This document shows, in pieces, positions 10,336-19,478 of a stretch of 64,000 nt of DNA (the first letter of the stretch is position 1; each line of letters starts with the position of its first letter). Position numbers and translations under genes: made by a program. Below the pieces are notes generated by a model. The model saw only the letters and a program-made list of their open reading frames with translations. It did no database searches and was not told where the DNA came from. The stretch comes from an uncultured virus (IMG/VR IMGVR_UViG_3300017975_000001) (taxonomy: Duplodnaviria > Heunggongvirae > Uroviricota > Caudoviricetes): the IMG/VR virus record IMGVR_UViG_3300017975_000001. The stretch is one strand, 5' to 3'.

Positions 10336-11133
10336 GTGTTTTCGACGACGCCGACGTTTCCAAACTACCGCTACAACAACAGCTGGGCCTATGTTGACTT
10401 GTACGGCTTCGGGCCGCGCCGTTGGATGTACGACGAGGAAAATCTTCTCAACATCCCGATCGGTCCTAGCGTACCTGGTCTAGGTGAAGCGGCAGTTCCT
10501 ACTCTGAGCCCAGAAGACATCGACGGCATTGCGTATGGTATCGCAAAGCTCTTTCATACGCCGATCGACCAACTTCGAACCGAGGCGCAGTTGTATCGCC
10601 GATTCGGCTTGAGTAGTGCCGAGTCAACTCAAGCCAAGCTACCTACGCTTGCAGAAGACTTCGACGTGACCGTATGGCAGCAAGAGCGACGATACGCGGA
10701 TCTCGGATCGTATCTCGATAAGCACATCGGATGGCATCCCGAGTGGAAAGGTACCTACGCCGCTTTCCGTAAGTTCTTGAACACTACCTGGAGTGAATTT
10801 CTCAACGATTGGTTGTTCGCTTATCGAGAGGCGTCCCAACCTGCTGGCAAAGATGTCGTTACGCAATTCGCTACGCGTCTGAAGAACGAAGTGTGGCCTG
10901 CCGCAGAACGCGCTGGCGTTCCTGCCTCGACACGCGTTGACCTCAAAGAGGTTTGGTATGGATTGAGCGACGCTCCGATACCAAATCCAATCGACAAGAA
11001 GAGCAACAAGAAAAACAACAAGGTCGCCAAGACAGCGCTTGTTGGAGCTGCAGGCATCATCCTAGTAGGGTTCGCATTGATGGTCGGCGGGACGCTCGCT
11101 TCGGACCGCGCAACTAAGCGCCGTCGGCGCTGA
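10336..11133 (+). CDS. Putative virion membrane protein with C-terminal TM and poly-Arg tail
   Basis: GTG at 10336 after GGAG; motifs PGLGE and YGLSD; TM ALVGAAGIILVGFALMVGG; ends KRRRR. Confidence 0.65.
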   Translation: MFSTTPTFPNYRYNNSWAYVDLYGFGPRRWMYDEENLLNIPIGPSVPGLGEAAVPTLSPEDIDGIAYGIAKLFHTPIDQLRTEAQLYRRFGLSSAESTQAKLPTLAEDFDVTVWQQERRYADLGSYLDKHIGWHPEWKGTYAAFRKFLNTTWSEFLNDWLFAYREASQPAGKDVVTQFATRLKNEVWPAAERAGVPASTRVDLKEVWYGLSDAPIPNPIDKKSNKKNNKVAKTALVGAAGIILVGFALMVGGTLASDRATKRRRR

Positions 11134-11137
11134 TCAC

Positions 11138-11392
11138 ATGTCTGCTAGCCCAACTTCAGTTCGCTTGTGGCCCGTCGCTGTGGGTGCGGCCTTGTTGGCG
11201 GCGGCAATCGAATTGCCGATTTCGCAGTACTACGCCACCGTGCCGCCGACTACGACCGTCAAACGCATGGCGATTGCGAGCGGGATGACTTTCGCTTCGG
11301 TGTTAATCGCAGGATGGTTCGTATCGAAGTGGAAAAACACCAAAGTCGATAGGCTCCCAAGTCGAGACCGATATGCTATGCTGCATACGTGA
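11138..11392 (+). CDS. Two-TM small membrane protein
   Basis: 84 aa with two hydrophobic helices. Confidence 0.6.
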   Translation: MSASPTSVRLWPVAVGAALLAAAIELPISQYYATVPPTTTVKRMAIASGMTFASVLIAGWFVSKWKNTKVDRLPSRDRYAMLHT

Positions 11393-11589
11393 GTCGTTCA
11401 AAAACCAAACCTAGTCGGTCCAGCGATATCCATCATCTCCATGTCGTTATCGATGACGCTCTTCGTAAGCGACTCGAACGACATGCAAAGGAAATGAACT
11501 CGAACATACGCAGCCGTCGACCAAAACCGTTGAATCTCTCTGCTGCAGTTCGTGATTTGCTTCGGACTAGCCTTGGCCTGGCGGCTTAA
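11389..11589 (+). CDS. Ribbon-helix-helix (CopG-like) DNA-binding protein
   Basis: LHVVIDDALRKRLERHA...NLSAAVRDLLRTSL fits the RHH strand-helix-helix pattern. Confidence 0.6.
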   Translation: MSRSKTKPSRSSDIHHLHVVIDDALRKRLERHAKEMNSNIRSRRPKPLNLSAAVRDLLRTSLGLAA

Positions 11590-11599
11590 CGCAGTAGTA

Positions 11600-11631
11600 G
11601 ATCGCGCACGCGATCGCTTTTGTGTTAGCCT
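11600..11631 (+). promoter_or_regulatory. GATC box plus TAGCCT -10-like element
   Basis: GATCGCGCACGCGATC-GCTTTTGTGT-TAGCCT, ending 6 nt before ATG 11638. Confidence 0.7.
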
Positions 11632-11637
11632 TGTCGC

Positions 11638-11934
11638 ATGCGCAGGTTACGTCCCTATCGCTCTCACTACCGCCACGGACTTGGTGCCGCTCCCGCATGT
11701 AGAGCGCGCTGGACTGGCTGGGACCTTGTCGTCACAGCGTCAACGATTGCAGTAAGTGCATTCCTTGGCGGTGGTGCCGTCTATCTCATGACACCCGCGG
11801 ATAGTGAGGATCGCACGCTCAACACGGTTACGGGTGCCATCATGGGCAGCGCGCTAGGCGCCACATTGGCCCGGACCGAAATGGACTCGAACCGTGTACG
11901 TCAATTGACCGAGTGCATGGCTGCTGGCGAGTGA
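11638..11934 (+). CDS. Arg-leader, Cys-bracketed glycine-zipper hairpin protein 1
   Basis: MRRLRPYRSHYRHGLG-AAPAC, two Gly/Ala-rich TM segments, and a Cys near the C-terminus. Confidence 0.7.
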   Translation: MRRLRPYRSHYRHGLGAAPACRARWTGWDLVVTASTIAVSAFLGGGAVYLMTPADSEDRTLNTVTGAIMGSALGATLARTEMDSNRVRQLTECMAAGE

Positions 11935-11964
11935 TCGCGCACGCGATCACTTTTGTGTTAGGCT
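11933..11964 (+). promoter_or_regulatory. GATC box plus TAGGCT -10-like element
   Basis: GATCGCGCACGCGATC-ACTTTTGTGT-TAGGCT, ending 7 nt before ATG 11972; nearly identical to 11600-11631. Confidence 0.7.
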
Positions 11965-11971
11965 CTAACAC

Positions 11972-12259
11972 ATGAAGCGACTCCGCCCTTACCGCCCTCA
12001 TCGCCGTCATTCTTTTGGCGCTGCTGCCGCGCATCCAGCCTGTGCAACCAGCGAACGTTGGGTTCGTGGCGGTCTCGGCTTCCTCCTCGGCACGATGATC
12101 GGCAGCACCGTTGGTGCTGGAATAGCGACTGTCACCGCTACCCAAGAGATAGTGCACGAGGAAAAACTCAAGACCTGGCCCATGTGGCTCGCCTCTGGAT
12201 TGACGATCGTTGGCGGCGTTGGCGGTGCACTCTTGGGCGCGCGCAAGCCGGCGTGCTGA
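11972..12259 (+). CDS. Arg-leader, Cys-bracketed glycine-zipper hairpin protein 2
   Basis: MKRLRPYRPHRRHSFG-AAAAHPAC, GLGFLLGTMIGSTVGAG zipper, second zipper, ends KPAC. Confidence 0.7.
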   Translation: MKRLRPYRPHRRHSFGAAAAHPACATSERWVRGGLGFLLGTMIGSTVGAGIATVTATQEIVHEEKLKTWPMWLASGLTIVGGVGGALLGARKPAC

Positions 12260-12586
12260 GTGACACGACGTCGACAAAGACGTCTTGGTGACCACACTGC
12301 GACCTCCACTTTTTGGCGGCAACGCAAAGGCGCTATCGATATCGCCTGCGCACAGAGTTCACGCGCTTTGCGCGGCACTCTAGGATTTGCTGCTGGCGGT
12401 GCACTACTCGGTGGCGTCACATGGAGCATCATGAATCTGATCGATCGCGGCATGGCGCGCCGTCTCGATGCAGTGCCACCGACATTCACGACGAGCTTCA
12501 AGAACGCATCCGCGGGCATCGCGATCACTGCAATCATCGGTGGCAGTGTGGGCGCAATCGCGTTCGCCGCAACGCCACAGTGCTAA
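12260..12586 (+). CDS. Arg-leader, Cys-bracketed glycine-zipper hairpin protein 3
   Basis: MTRRRQRRLG-DH...IAC, GTLGFAAGGALLGG zipper, ends TPQC. Confidence 0.65.
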   Translation: MTRRRQRRLGDHTATSTFWRQRKGAIDIACAQSSRALRGTLGFAAGGALLGGVTWSIMNLIDRGMARRLDAVPPTFTTSFKNASAGIAITAIIGGSVGAIAFAATPQC

Positions 12587-12590
12587 ATAG

Positions 12591-12630
12591 AAAAGGCGAG
12601 GCAAGCGACACCCCTGTCTCTTGCCTCGCC
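12591..12630 (-). terminator. Intrinsic terminator hairpin between convergent blocks
   Basis: Stem GGCGAGGCAAG...CTTGCCTCGCC preceded by AAAA, which gives a U-tract on the minus strand. Confidence 0.7.
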
Positions 12631-12782
12631 GAAAGTAGCCGTCATCCAAAAGGTTGAGTTTTCCGCTAAGCACCGCCTCTTCTATATCGTTAGGGTTGAT
12701 GGTTAGTCGCAGCGTTCGCAGCGTTTACGGTTCTGCCAGCGGTTGATTGCTGCGACGATGTCACTGAGGAGCTTCTTCACGT

Positions 12783-14252
12783 TCATGCCTCCGCTAGCAC
12801 CTCGCTTTCGGGTGCGTCGAGTACGTAGACATTCTGGTACAGAAGACCAGAGGCGGCCTGCTCGACTTCGTCCTCGGCCCACTTGGTCTTCCACGATGAC
12901 TCGTGTGCCGCACGCTGGACGGCCATCAGGACGCCTTGGGCACTGTGCGGCGACTCCTCTGCGCGCCACGCACTCACGTAGGCGTCGACTGCCTCCTCCA
13001 CCGACAGCCCGCCGGTCGGCACGTGGCCCGCGTGAACGAGCCGCGCGATCGCTTCGGGCGCCGACAGCTTCTCGTTGGTCTCGCTATCGAGGTAGTACTC
13101 GGCAGCCGCGCGCGACCACAGGTTCTGCAGCTCGGCGATCATCTCAGGGAGCTTGCCGAACAGCGTCGAGATCTGCGCACGAAGAGTCTCGAAGTTGCCG
13201 ACGTGGCGACGGCGGATCGAGCTGGAACGCTCCTCGACGAGCGTGTGATTCTTGCAGCGCACCCGCGAAATGAAGCCAGAGCCTGCGAGCGAGCCCATAC
13301 CATCATCACGCGTAGTGAACTGGATGCCCGCCTGGTGGATACGGCCGACGCCGCTGAACGCTGGGATGTCGATCGGAGCCTGGATGATCGCCCGCGCGCG
13401 GAGCCGCGTGGTCTCGGCGTCGTACTTGACCTCGCAGCGCATATCGGGCAACACCTTGGCAATGTCCCTCAGCACTGCGTCGCCGTCATACGCCGTGTAG
13501 CCGCGCTTGCCGCTCGACACGATGCCGTAGATCTGGCGACCAGCGCCGTGCGTACGCACGCGAGCCTTGACCTCGATCTTGTCCGGCACCTGACCAAGCC
13601 ACGTGTTCATGTTGCCGCGGATGGCGTCACGGGCGGCATTCGCCGCAGGAATCTCGGTCTGTCGCTGGCTGAGCTGCGTCCATGCAGACTCCGACAGGGC
13701 CGCGCTCACCTTGGCATCGAGCGCGCCATTCGTCAGCTGCCGAATGTGCCCGTTGATGTCCAGGCGCCACTCGCATGGCTTGATCACGCGATCCTTGCGC
13801 TGCTCGGCCGCGATCGTCGCCGTGTGGCGCTCGGCTGCCTCTGGCGTGAACGGCAGCGCCTTGTAGTCAGCCGCATACTGCTGTGCCGTGGCCAGGCCGA
13901 CGTCCGCGAGCTGCGTGCCCGCGGCAAAGAGCAGCTCCTTGTCGTCATGCTTGAACCCGAAGGTCTTGACCAGCTCGCGCTCCTTCTCGACCAACGCCGC
14001 GCTGGCTTCGCTGACACCACGATTCCAGCCGCCGTCGTCCGCTGGCGCGGGCTGCGGCTGCGCTGTAGACTGCTTGGCCGGCTTCGCCTTGGGCGCCTTG
14101 GCCGGCTTCGCCGACTGCGCCTTAGCTGCCGAAGGCACGTCGTCCAGCTCGATGGGCCGCAGTTCGCTGTCGCTCTCGCTCACGCAGCTGTCCACGTTGC
14201 GGCTGGGGGTGCTGTCGATCTCGATCAGGCTGGCGAAGTCGGTGGTGCTCAT
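12783..14252 (-). CDS. DUF932-like phage/plasmid protein
   Basis: Motifs GIVSSGKRGYTAYD and AGIQFTTRDDGMGSL...ISRVRCKN resemble the DUF932 pattern; there is a GAAAGGA SD and an upstream CTCTCGACAAG promoter. Confidence 0.65.
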   Translation of the reverse strand: MSTTDFASLIEIDSTPSRNVDSCVSESDSELRPIELDDVPSAAKAQSAKPAKAPKAKPAKQSTAQPQPAPADDGGWNRGVSEASAALVEKERELVKTFGFKHDDKELLFAAGTQLADVGLATAQQYAADYKALPFTPEAAERHTATIAAEQRKDRVIKPCEWRLDINGHIRQLTNGALDAKVSAALSESAWTQLSQRQTEIPAANAARDAIRGNMNTWLGQVPDKIEVKARVRTHGAGRQIYGIVSSGKRGYTAYDGDAVLRDIAKVLPDMRCEVKYDAETTRLRARAIIQAPIDIPAFSGVGRIHQAGIQFTTRDDGMGSLAGSGFISRVRCKNHTLVEERSSSIRRRHVGNFETLRAQISTLFGKLPEMIAELQNLWSRAAAEYYLDSETNEKLSAPEAIARLVHAGHVPTGGLSVEEAVDAYVSAWRAEESPHSAQGVLMAVQRAAHESSWKTKWAEDEVEQAASGLLYQNVYVLDAPESEVLAEA

Positions 14253-14324
14253 TGGGGGTGTCCTTTCGGGCTTGGTTTATCGCTTCGTTCGATTCGACAG
14301 TACTACGCCCGTCTGACAGCGCTT

Positions 14325-14342
14325 ATTCTCTTGTCGAGAGTG
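14325..14342 (-). promoter_or_regulatory. Early-type promoter motif
   Basis: The minus strand reads CACTCTCGACAAGAGAAT, matching the TACTCTYGACAAGT..AAT family. Confidence 0.6.
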
Positions 14343-14476
14343 CATCACACAACTATTGGTAACCAAGCTGAAATTTTCGGTACCTGCAAGCCCTACCGAG
14401 CCAAGACTTGTCGAGAGCGACGTGCCATCATGAGGCCGAAAAGACGCATTACGTGTCGCTGGAGACACAGGACCCT

Positions 14477-14580
14477 TGGGCATTTTCTCGGCACTCGTGG
14501 GCATTTTCTCGGCACTTGGCGCAGCGCTTCATACCCGTCAGGTCCTGATCCGAATCTACCCATCAGGTTCTGGTCCGAAT
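14477..14580. repeat. Two pairs of tandem direct repeats in the divergent intergenic region
   Basis: TGGGCATTTTCTCGGCACT at 14477 and 14498; TACCC(G/A)TCAGGT(C/T)CTG(A/G)TCCGAAT at 14532 and 14557. Confidence 0.85.
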
Positions 14581-14598
14581 TCTGCTGGAGCAGAAGCC

Positions 14599-15027
14599 AT
14601 GACGAAAACCAACAGACTCCGCGACAAGCTGCGTACCACCCTGGACGTCGCCGCCAAGGCGCGTGCAGCAGACCCGCTACCCAATCCAGCTGTAGAGCGC
14701 CGCTTTGAAGCGTGGTTCGCAGCCGTTCGTGCCGTAGTCGGCGAACGTCTAGCTGTAGACAGCTGGCGTGTCGAAGAATGGGTGCACAACCCGAACTGCA
14801 ATAACCCGCACGAGTTCGGGTTTCACTACAACGGTCGTGAAACGCCGTTTGACCATACCAAGCCGCTGTTCGTGTCCACGCGCATGCGCTTCGATGCGTC
14901 GCTTGACCTCGAACAAGAGTTACTCCGACTCGAACAGGAGGCGAAGGAGTACCGCGAGTGTGCCGACATGATGTACAAGTATCGGCAGGATCAACTTACT
15001 CTCGACAAGTCGAATGAAGACGCGTAG
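14599..15027 (+). CDS. Hypothetical protein
   Basis: ATG at 14599 with a GGAG SD; first gene of the rightward block. Confidence 0.6.
   Translation: MTKTNRLRDKLRTTLDVAAKARAADPLPNPAVERRFEAWFAAVRAVVGERLAVDSWRVEEWVHNPNCNNPHEFGFHYNGRETPFDHTKPLFVSTRMRFDASLDLEQELLRLEQEAKEYRECADMMYKYRQDQLTLDKSNEDA
14997..15015 (+). promoter_or_regulatory. Early-type promoter motif
   Basis: TACTCTCGACAAGTCGAAT, upstream of ATG 15045. Confidence 0.65.
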
Positions 15028-15304
15028 ACCAATGTTGTAGCGCCATGAACGACGCTGAGAAACGACCGTGCCCAGCATGCAATCGTGTTGTTGCACGCTG
15101 GACGAACGGTGGGCGCATCCCACCACACGGCAAACGGACAGTTCGCCACAAGTGCCCGCACGGGATTTGGTGTCCACAAGGCGATCCGTTATGGGGCTCG
15201 CATTCCAACGGTCGACAGGTCGCGTGTAAAGCGTGTGCGCAGGCGTGTCACGAGCGTCAATGCGCTGCCGCTGACGCAAAACGAAAAGACCGCGACGTCG
15301 CGCG

Positions 15305-15667
15305 CTAAGCTGAAGCTTGCTGCTTGAGACGCCGCGCGATCTTCACGATGTAGCGGTCATCGGGATTGCCTGGATCGAGCGTGATACCCAGCTTTTCGCT
15401 GAATCGTGCATAGAGCTGCGCATCTTCTGCGCTGTCTCGCGTGGCGAAAAAGTCGCTTAGGTATGATTCGTCGCTTACCCACGCGTCGCCGATATCCAAG
15501 ATTTCTTCGACAGCAGCAAGTACACGGTCGACGTACGGCGCCAGCTCGTCAACTGCGGCTTGTGAAGCTGGGACGATCACAGTATTCGGATCGTTCAAAC
15601 GGCGCCTGACTTCTTTTGGCGAGAGAGGCTTCTTGTTGACGTTATTTTCGTCGTCTCCTTCTGACAT
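15305..15667 (-). CDS. Acidic hypothetical protein, lone antisense gene
   Basis: 120 aa with protein-like composition; fills the gap between plus-strand units. Confidence 0.6.
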   Translation of the reverse strand: MSEGDDENNVNKKPLSPKEVRRRLNDPNTVIVPASQAAVDELAPYVDRVLAAVEEILDIGDAWVSDESYLSDFFATRDSAEDAQLYARFSEKLGITLDPGNPDDRYIVKIARRLKQQASA

Positions 15668-15744
15668 GGCCAGTTACTTTAACGCCTTCGGCGTTGCTGG
15701 CACAAGCTCGTCAGCGCTGTTGATCTTCGCCTAGTTGGTCATCT

Positions 15745-15763
15745 TACTCTTGACAAGTGAAAT
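15745..15763 (+). promoter_or_regulatory. Early-type promoter motif
   Basis: TACTCTTGACAAGTGAAAT followed by GGCAAGCTGCGTTT, which is shared with the copy at 32235. Confidence 0.75.
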
Positions 15764-16323
15764 AGGGTACGGGCAAGCTGCGTTTCTTAGCTATGTCTGA
15801 TACGTCCAAAACTCTGCCGGTTGTGAAGATCGGACAGCTCTGGAAAGATCTCGACAAGCGCATGACGCGCACGTTGCAGGTCATGGCGATCGAAGAGACG
15901 CACGCGATCTGCCAGAGCTGGTCTCAGTTTGGCGGCGCAACTGGCCCCAAAACGCGGATCCGCCTGGACAGGTTCAAGAAAGGGTCCACGGGCTTCGAGC
16001 TGGTTAAGGATACCTGGTGAAAATTCCGCCGACACGCAATCACCGGCAACTCGCGGATTGGATCAACGCGAACCAACTCGTCGATCGCCGTGGCCGTTTC
16101 GTATGCGCGACCGCAGAGCCGGTCACAACGAACACGGATACTAAGGTTGCAGGTACACGCTTCCGGCGCATAGGTCGCGGTCGCAACGGGCTGAGGTTGA
16201 TCATTTGGGTCAACGGCGGTTCGCGCTTGGATCCGACCAATCGCCTCTACGAACATGAATCTAGCGAAACGTATCGGCGTCACTCCGAAGCTCGTGAATG
16301 GATCGAGAAGAACCTGACGAAAC

Positions 16324-18303
16324 ATGTCTGACAAGCCCGACCTCAAGCTCGTGTCAGTGGAAGCAAAGACTGAAGCTATCCCTAGCGATACGCCTGCACT
16401 GGAAATCGGGCAGTGGTACTGGGTGAAGCACGTCGAAGAGGACGATGACGGTAAACAAACCATCACGAGGTGGCTTGGCTGCGTAGCACACGTTGGATCA
16501 AATTACGTTGAGCTGCGCAGCGTCAGCGGCGGCACAACCCGTATTCACCTCGATCAGTTCGATGAATGCTGCACGTACGAGCCCGCACCGGAAGTGCACA
16601 TCAACGCCAAGATCGAGCTGCATCGTGAGAACGTACGTGAGCTGCTACATGAAATCCAACGACTCACGATCGCGCTTGGCATTGCACCCAAAGCTGAACT
16701 TGCACGTGAAAGTGCGACGGCAACGAACGCCCTAGCGATAGCTCACGGTACCGATGACATCGAAGCGCATAAGAATGCGCTCATTCAAGCACAGAAAAAG
16801 ACACTTCCCGAGCTGTTCAAGCGCGTCGAAGAAGAACACCGCCAACTGGCCGTATGGATGTCTGCAGAGCTTCTGCCTATGAAGGCGCAGCTCAAACAGA
16901 TGGAGGCGGCCACCGAAAACATCGAGCAGCGAATCTTCACGGTCGAACTCTATGCAGGACTCACTGAACAACTAGTGGAGTTGAAAACCGGCAAACCGGC
17001 GTCAAACGATACTAAGATCTCTCTGTTTCAGCGTCGTCACTATATGGATGAAGAGTGCCTCGTCGCGTACGAAGCGGGCGGTATGGAGTTCGCAAACATC
17101 GCGGCGTTCGATCGGTGGCTTCTCCGCAAAGAGAATCTGCGGCGCATCTTGCCGCTTCCGCGTTGCCTCGTCGCATTCCGTGTACGTCGCAACGCTAAGG
17201 ATCGCGACTGGGACGGCGTCCATACGCTGTCAGACTTCATCCGAATGTGGGAACGCGATCAAGCCAACGAGCTAACGTTCCTCTACATCCGCAATGGTGA
17301 ACAGATCTATCGACTGTCTACAGCTATCGATTTTGGTGAGCAGCTCTTTCCTGATCGTGCAAGGTCGACACTGCTCGGCGAAGGCGACCTCTGGATCAAA
17401 CGCGATAGTTCCAGCCTCGAAAAGGTTCTGTCGCAACGTGAATACGACGACATCATGTCCAAGTACGTTGAGGAGCAGGCTGAGTACGAGGCGCAGTTGC
17501 GTGAGTGGAAAGCGTTACCGAAGAAACAACGGACATGGCATAACAAGCCATATAACTGGAACGAACGCCGCACGTACTTCGAGAAGTACGAGCGCTGCAC
17601 GCCCGAGAGCGTCTATTACGACGATGCAATGAAGCGCATCGCACAGGCTGCGATGGAACACAATCGTGTCGCGGTTGTGTTGCAAGGCTTACTCGATCGT
17701 TCGCCTTCACTGCACCCGCATCCACCTTGGCGCTTGTGGACGCCGGAAGGATTCGCAGCAGGTGTCGAGCTGATTTACGACGACTCGAAAGGACTCACCG
17801 TCGGACCGCCGCCAGACTTTGAAGCGTACCGCATGGCACTTAACGCGAGCATCAAGCGTGGCAGCATGACGATTGGACAAGATGATGTCTGGGCGCGCGC
17901 TGAAGCAGTCAAAGAAGCTGCACGGATGGATCGCAACTGGCGTACGCGAAGTGATTGGCGTCCTACGCATCACCGGCCGTATGGCAATCCAGGTCCCGGT
18001 TTCATAGCGCCTGTCGTTAGCATCAGTCGTGATGGACAGTGCACCTTCGAATGGAAGCGCGAGCGACAGGGTACGAAGTGGGTAGATAACCCAGACAAGC
18101 CTGGTTGGATGAAAGCTGACGATGCGCCACTGCAAGCGCGCTTCACATGTCCGATCTCGCAGCTATTCAACGTTAGCGCCTACAAGGCAGGCGACTACAG
18201 GCTGTTCTACAGTGATCCACGTACACGTGCTGACTATCTGAAGTGGGCTCCGATCTTGCTGCCAGCTGAAGACTACGTGAACGGAAAGTACAAGAGCGAA
18301 TAG
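16324..18303 (+). CDS. Large hypothetical phage protein with coiled-coil region
   Basis: 659 aa ORF with typical codon style; no motif recognised. Confidence 0.75.
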   Translation: MSDKPDLKLVSVEAKTEAIPSDTPALEIGQWYWVKHVEEDDDGKQTITRWLGCVAHVGSNYVELRSVSGGTTRIHLDQFDECCTYEPAPEVHINAKIELHRENVRELLHEIQRLTIALGIAPKAELARESATATNALAIAHGTDDIEAHKNALIQAQKKTLPELFKRVEEEHRQLAVWMSAELLPMKAQLKQMEAATENIEQRIFTVELYAGLTEQLVELKTGKPASNDTKISLFQRRHYMDEECLVAYEAGGMEFANIAAFDRWLLRKENLRRILPLPRCLVAFRVRRNAKDRDWDGVHTLSDFIRMWERDQANELTFLYIRNGEQIYRLSTAIDFGEQLFPDRARSTLLGEGDLWIKRDSSSLEKVLSQREYDDIMSKYVEEQAEYEAQLREWKALPKKQRTWHNKPYNWNERRTYFEKYERCTPESVYYDDAMKRIAQAAMEHNRVAVVLQGLLDRSPSLHPHPPWRLWTPEGFAAGVELIYDDSKGLTVGPPPDFEAYRMALNASIKRGSMTIGQDDVWARAEAVKEAARMDRNWRTRSDWRPTHHRPYGNPGPGFIAPVVSISRDGQCTFEWKRERQGTKWVDNPDKPGWMKADDAPLQARFTCPISQLFNVSAYKAGDYRLFYSDPRTRADYLKWAPILLPAEDYVNGKYKSE

Positions 18304-18656
18304 ATGAACTACTTCAGCATCGGCTTTCGCTATGAACATGCGCGTCGCGGCTTCGGAGGCGGCGGTGTACATGTTCTTTTGGCTGTGAACGAGCAAGAAG
18401 AGTCGAGAAAGCTCACGCAGGCATGGCGAGAAGCCTGCCAAGTGTTTGACAAGCTGAAAATCGAGCATCGCACGGAGTACGCATATCCAGACGGATCGTT
18501 GTTTTTCAACGTCCGTACGGACTATTCCTACGCCGACTTGTACTTCTTGATCGGCGTTTCTACGAAGATGCCAATCGAGCTGTGGTACGAGGATGAGATG
18601 GCTCCGCAAGCGTGGCTTGGTGGGATCACACTCGAACAGAAATTCGAAGAGGCTAG

Positions 18657-19454
18657 GTGTCCGTGATCCCGAGTGAACAGAAACGTGTCATCGCTATTGG
18701 CGACGTCCATGGCTGTCTAGAGGAGCTGCGCGAGCTACTAGCTCTTGTCAGCTACAACGCCTCACACGATCACCTCGTTTTCCTCGGCGATTTAGTCGAT
18801 CGCGGCCCAGATCCGATCGGCGTGGTCCGCTACGTGCGTGAATTGAATGCTGAGTGCGTGAAGGGTAACCACGACGAGAAGATTCCACGGTGGCGTCGGC
18901 ATAAAGCCAACGAACAGCTAACCGGCAAGCCAAATCCAATGCGACGCCCTGATGAGAAGCGCCTCGCTGAATGGGAGGGCATGTCCGAAGACGACGTCCG
19001 TTGGCTGGATGCGCTGCCCTGCATTGTGTCGTTAGCGCCTGGTCGGACTGGTTGGGTCGGTGTGCATGCTGGTTTCGAGCCTGCACGTTCATTATCCGAA
19101 CAACGCGATGATCGGATGTGTCGGATCCGGTACGTCGATGCCAACGGCGAATTTGCTGCGAGTAAGTACGCTGGACACGTTCCTGATGGCGCTATCCCGT
19201 GGATGTGTTGGTCAGGCGAATGGAAATCGCCGGCACGCGTCGTTTACGGTCACGCTGTACATGACCTAGCGGCACCTCGTGTCGACCGCGTCGGTGAGCA
19301 TGGATTCTGTTATGGCATCGATACGGGTTGTTGCTTCGGCGGAAAGCTCACGGCGTGGATCAAGCCTGTAACGGGCACCGATGACGCTATCGAGATCATC
19401 TCTGTCGCTGCGAAAGCGACCTACGCCGATCTCAAGTTCGCGAATGTAGAGTGA
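18657..19454 (+). CDS. Calcineurin-like metallophosphoesterase (ApaH/PrpA-like)
   Basis: Motifs GDVHG, GDLVDRG, GNHD, HAG, GH and IDTGC. Confidence 0.92.
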   Translation: MSVIPSEQKRVIAIGDVHGCLEELRELLALVSYNASHDHLVFLGDLVDRGPDPIGVVRYVRELNAECVKGNHDEKIPRWRRHKANEQLTGKPNPMRRPDEKRLAEWEGMSEDDVRWLDALPCIVSLAPGRTGWVGVHAGFEPARSLSEQRDDRMCRIRYVDANGEFAASKYAGHVPDGAIPWMCWSGEWKSPARVVYGHAVHDLAAPRVDRVGEHGFCYGIDTGCCFGGKLTAWIKPVTGTDDAIEIISVAAKATYADLKFANVE

Positions 19455-19478
19455 CGTGATATAGGTTGCGAGACGAAA

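Noticed and set aside
1738..11948. GATC boxes as cyanobacterial HIP1 (GCGATCGC) repeats
   Set aside because: The conserved unit is a spaced 16-bp palindrome tied to promoter position, and nothing else suggests a cyanobacterial origin.
11638..12586. Classical double-glycine bacteriocin cluster
   Set aside because: The leaders are Arg-rich and end LG/FG rather than the ELS..GG consensus, and no C39 peptidase ABC exporter is in the window.
12903..14708. 601-aa plus-strand ORF
   Set aside because: It is the antisense shadow of the GC-rich DUF932-like gene and has no protein-like motif.
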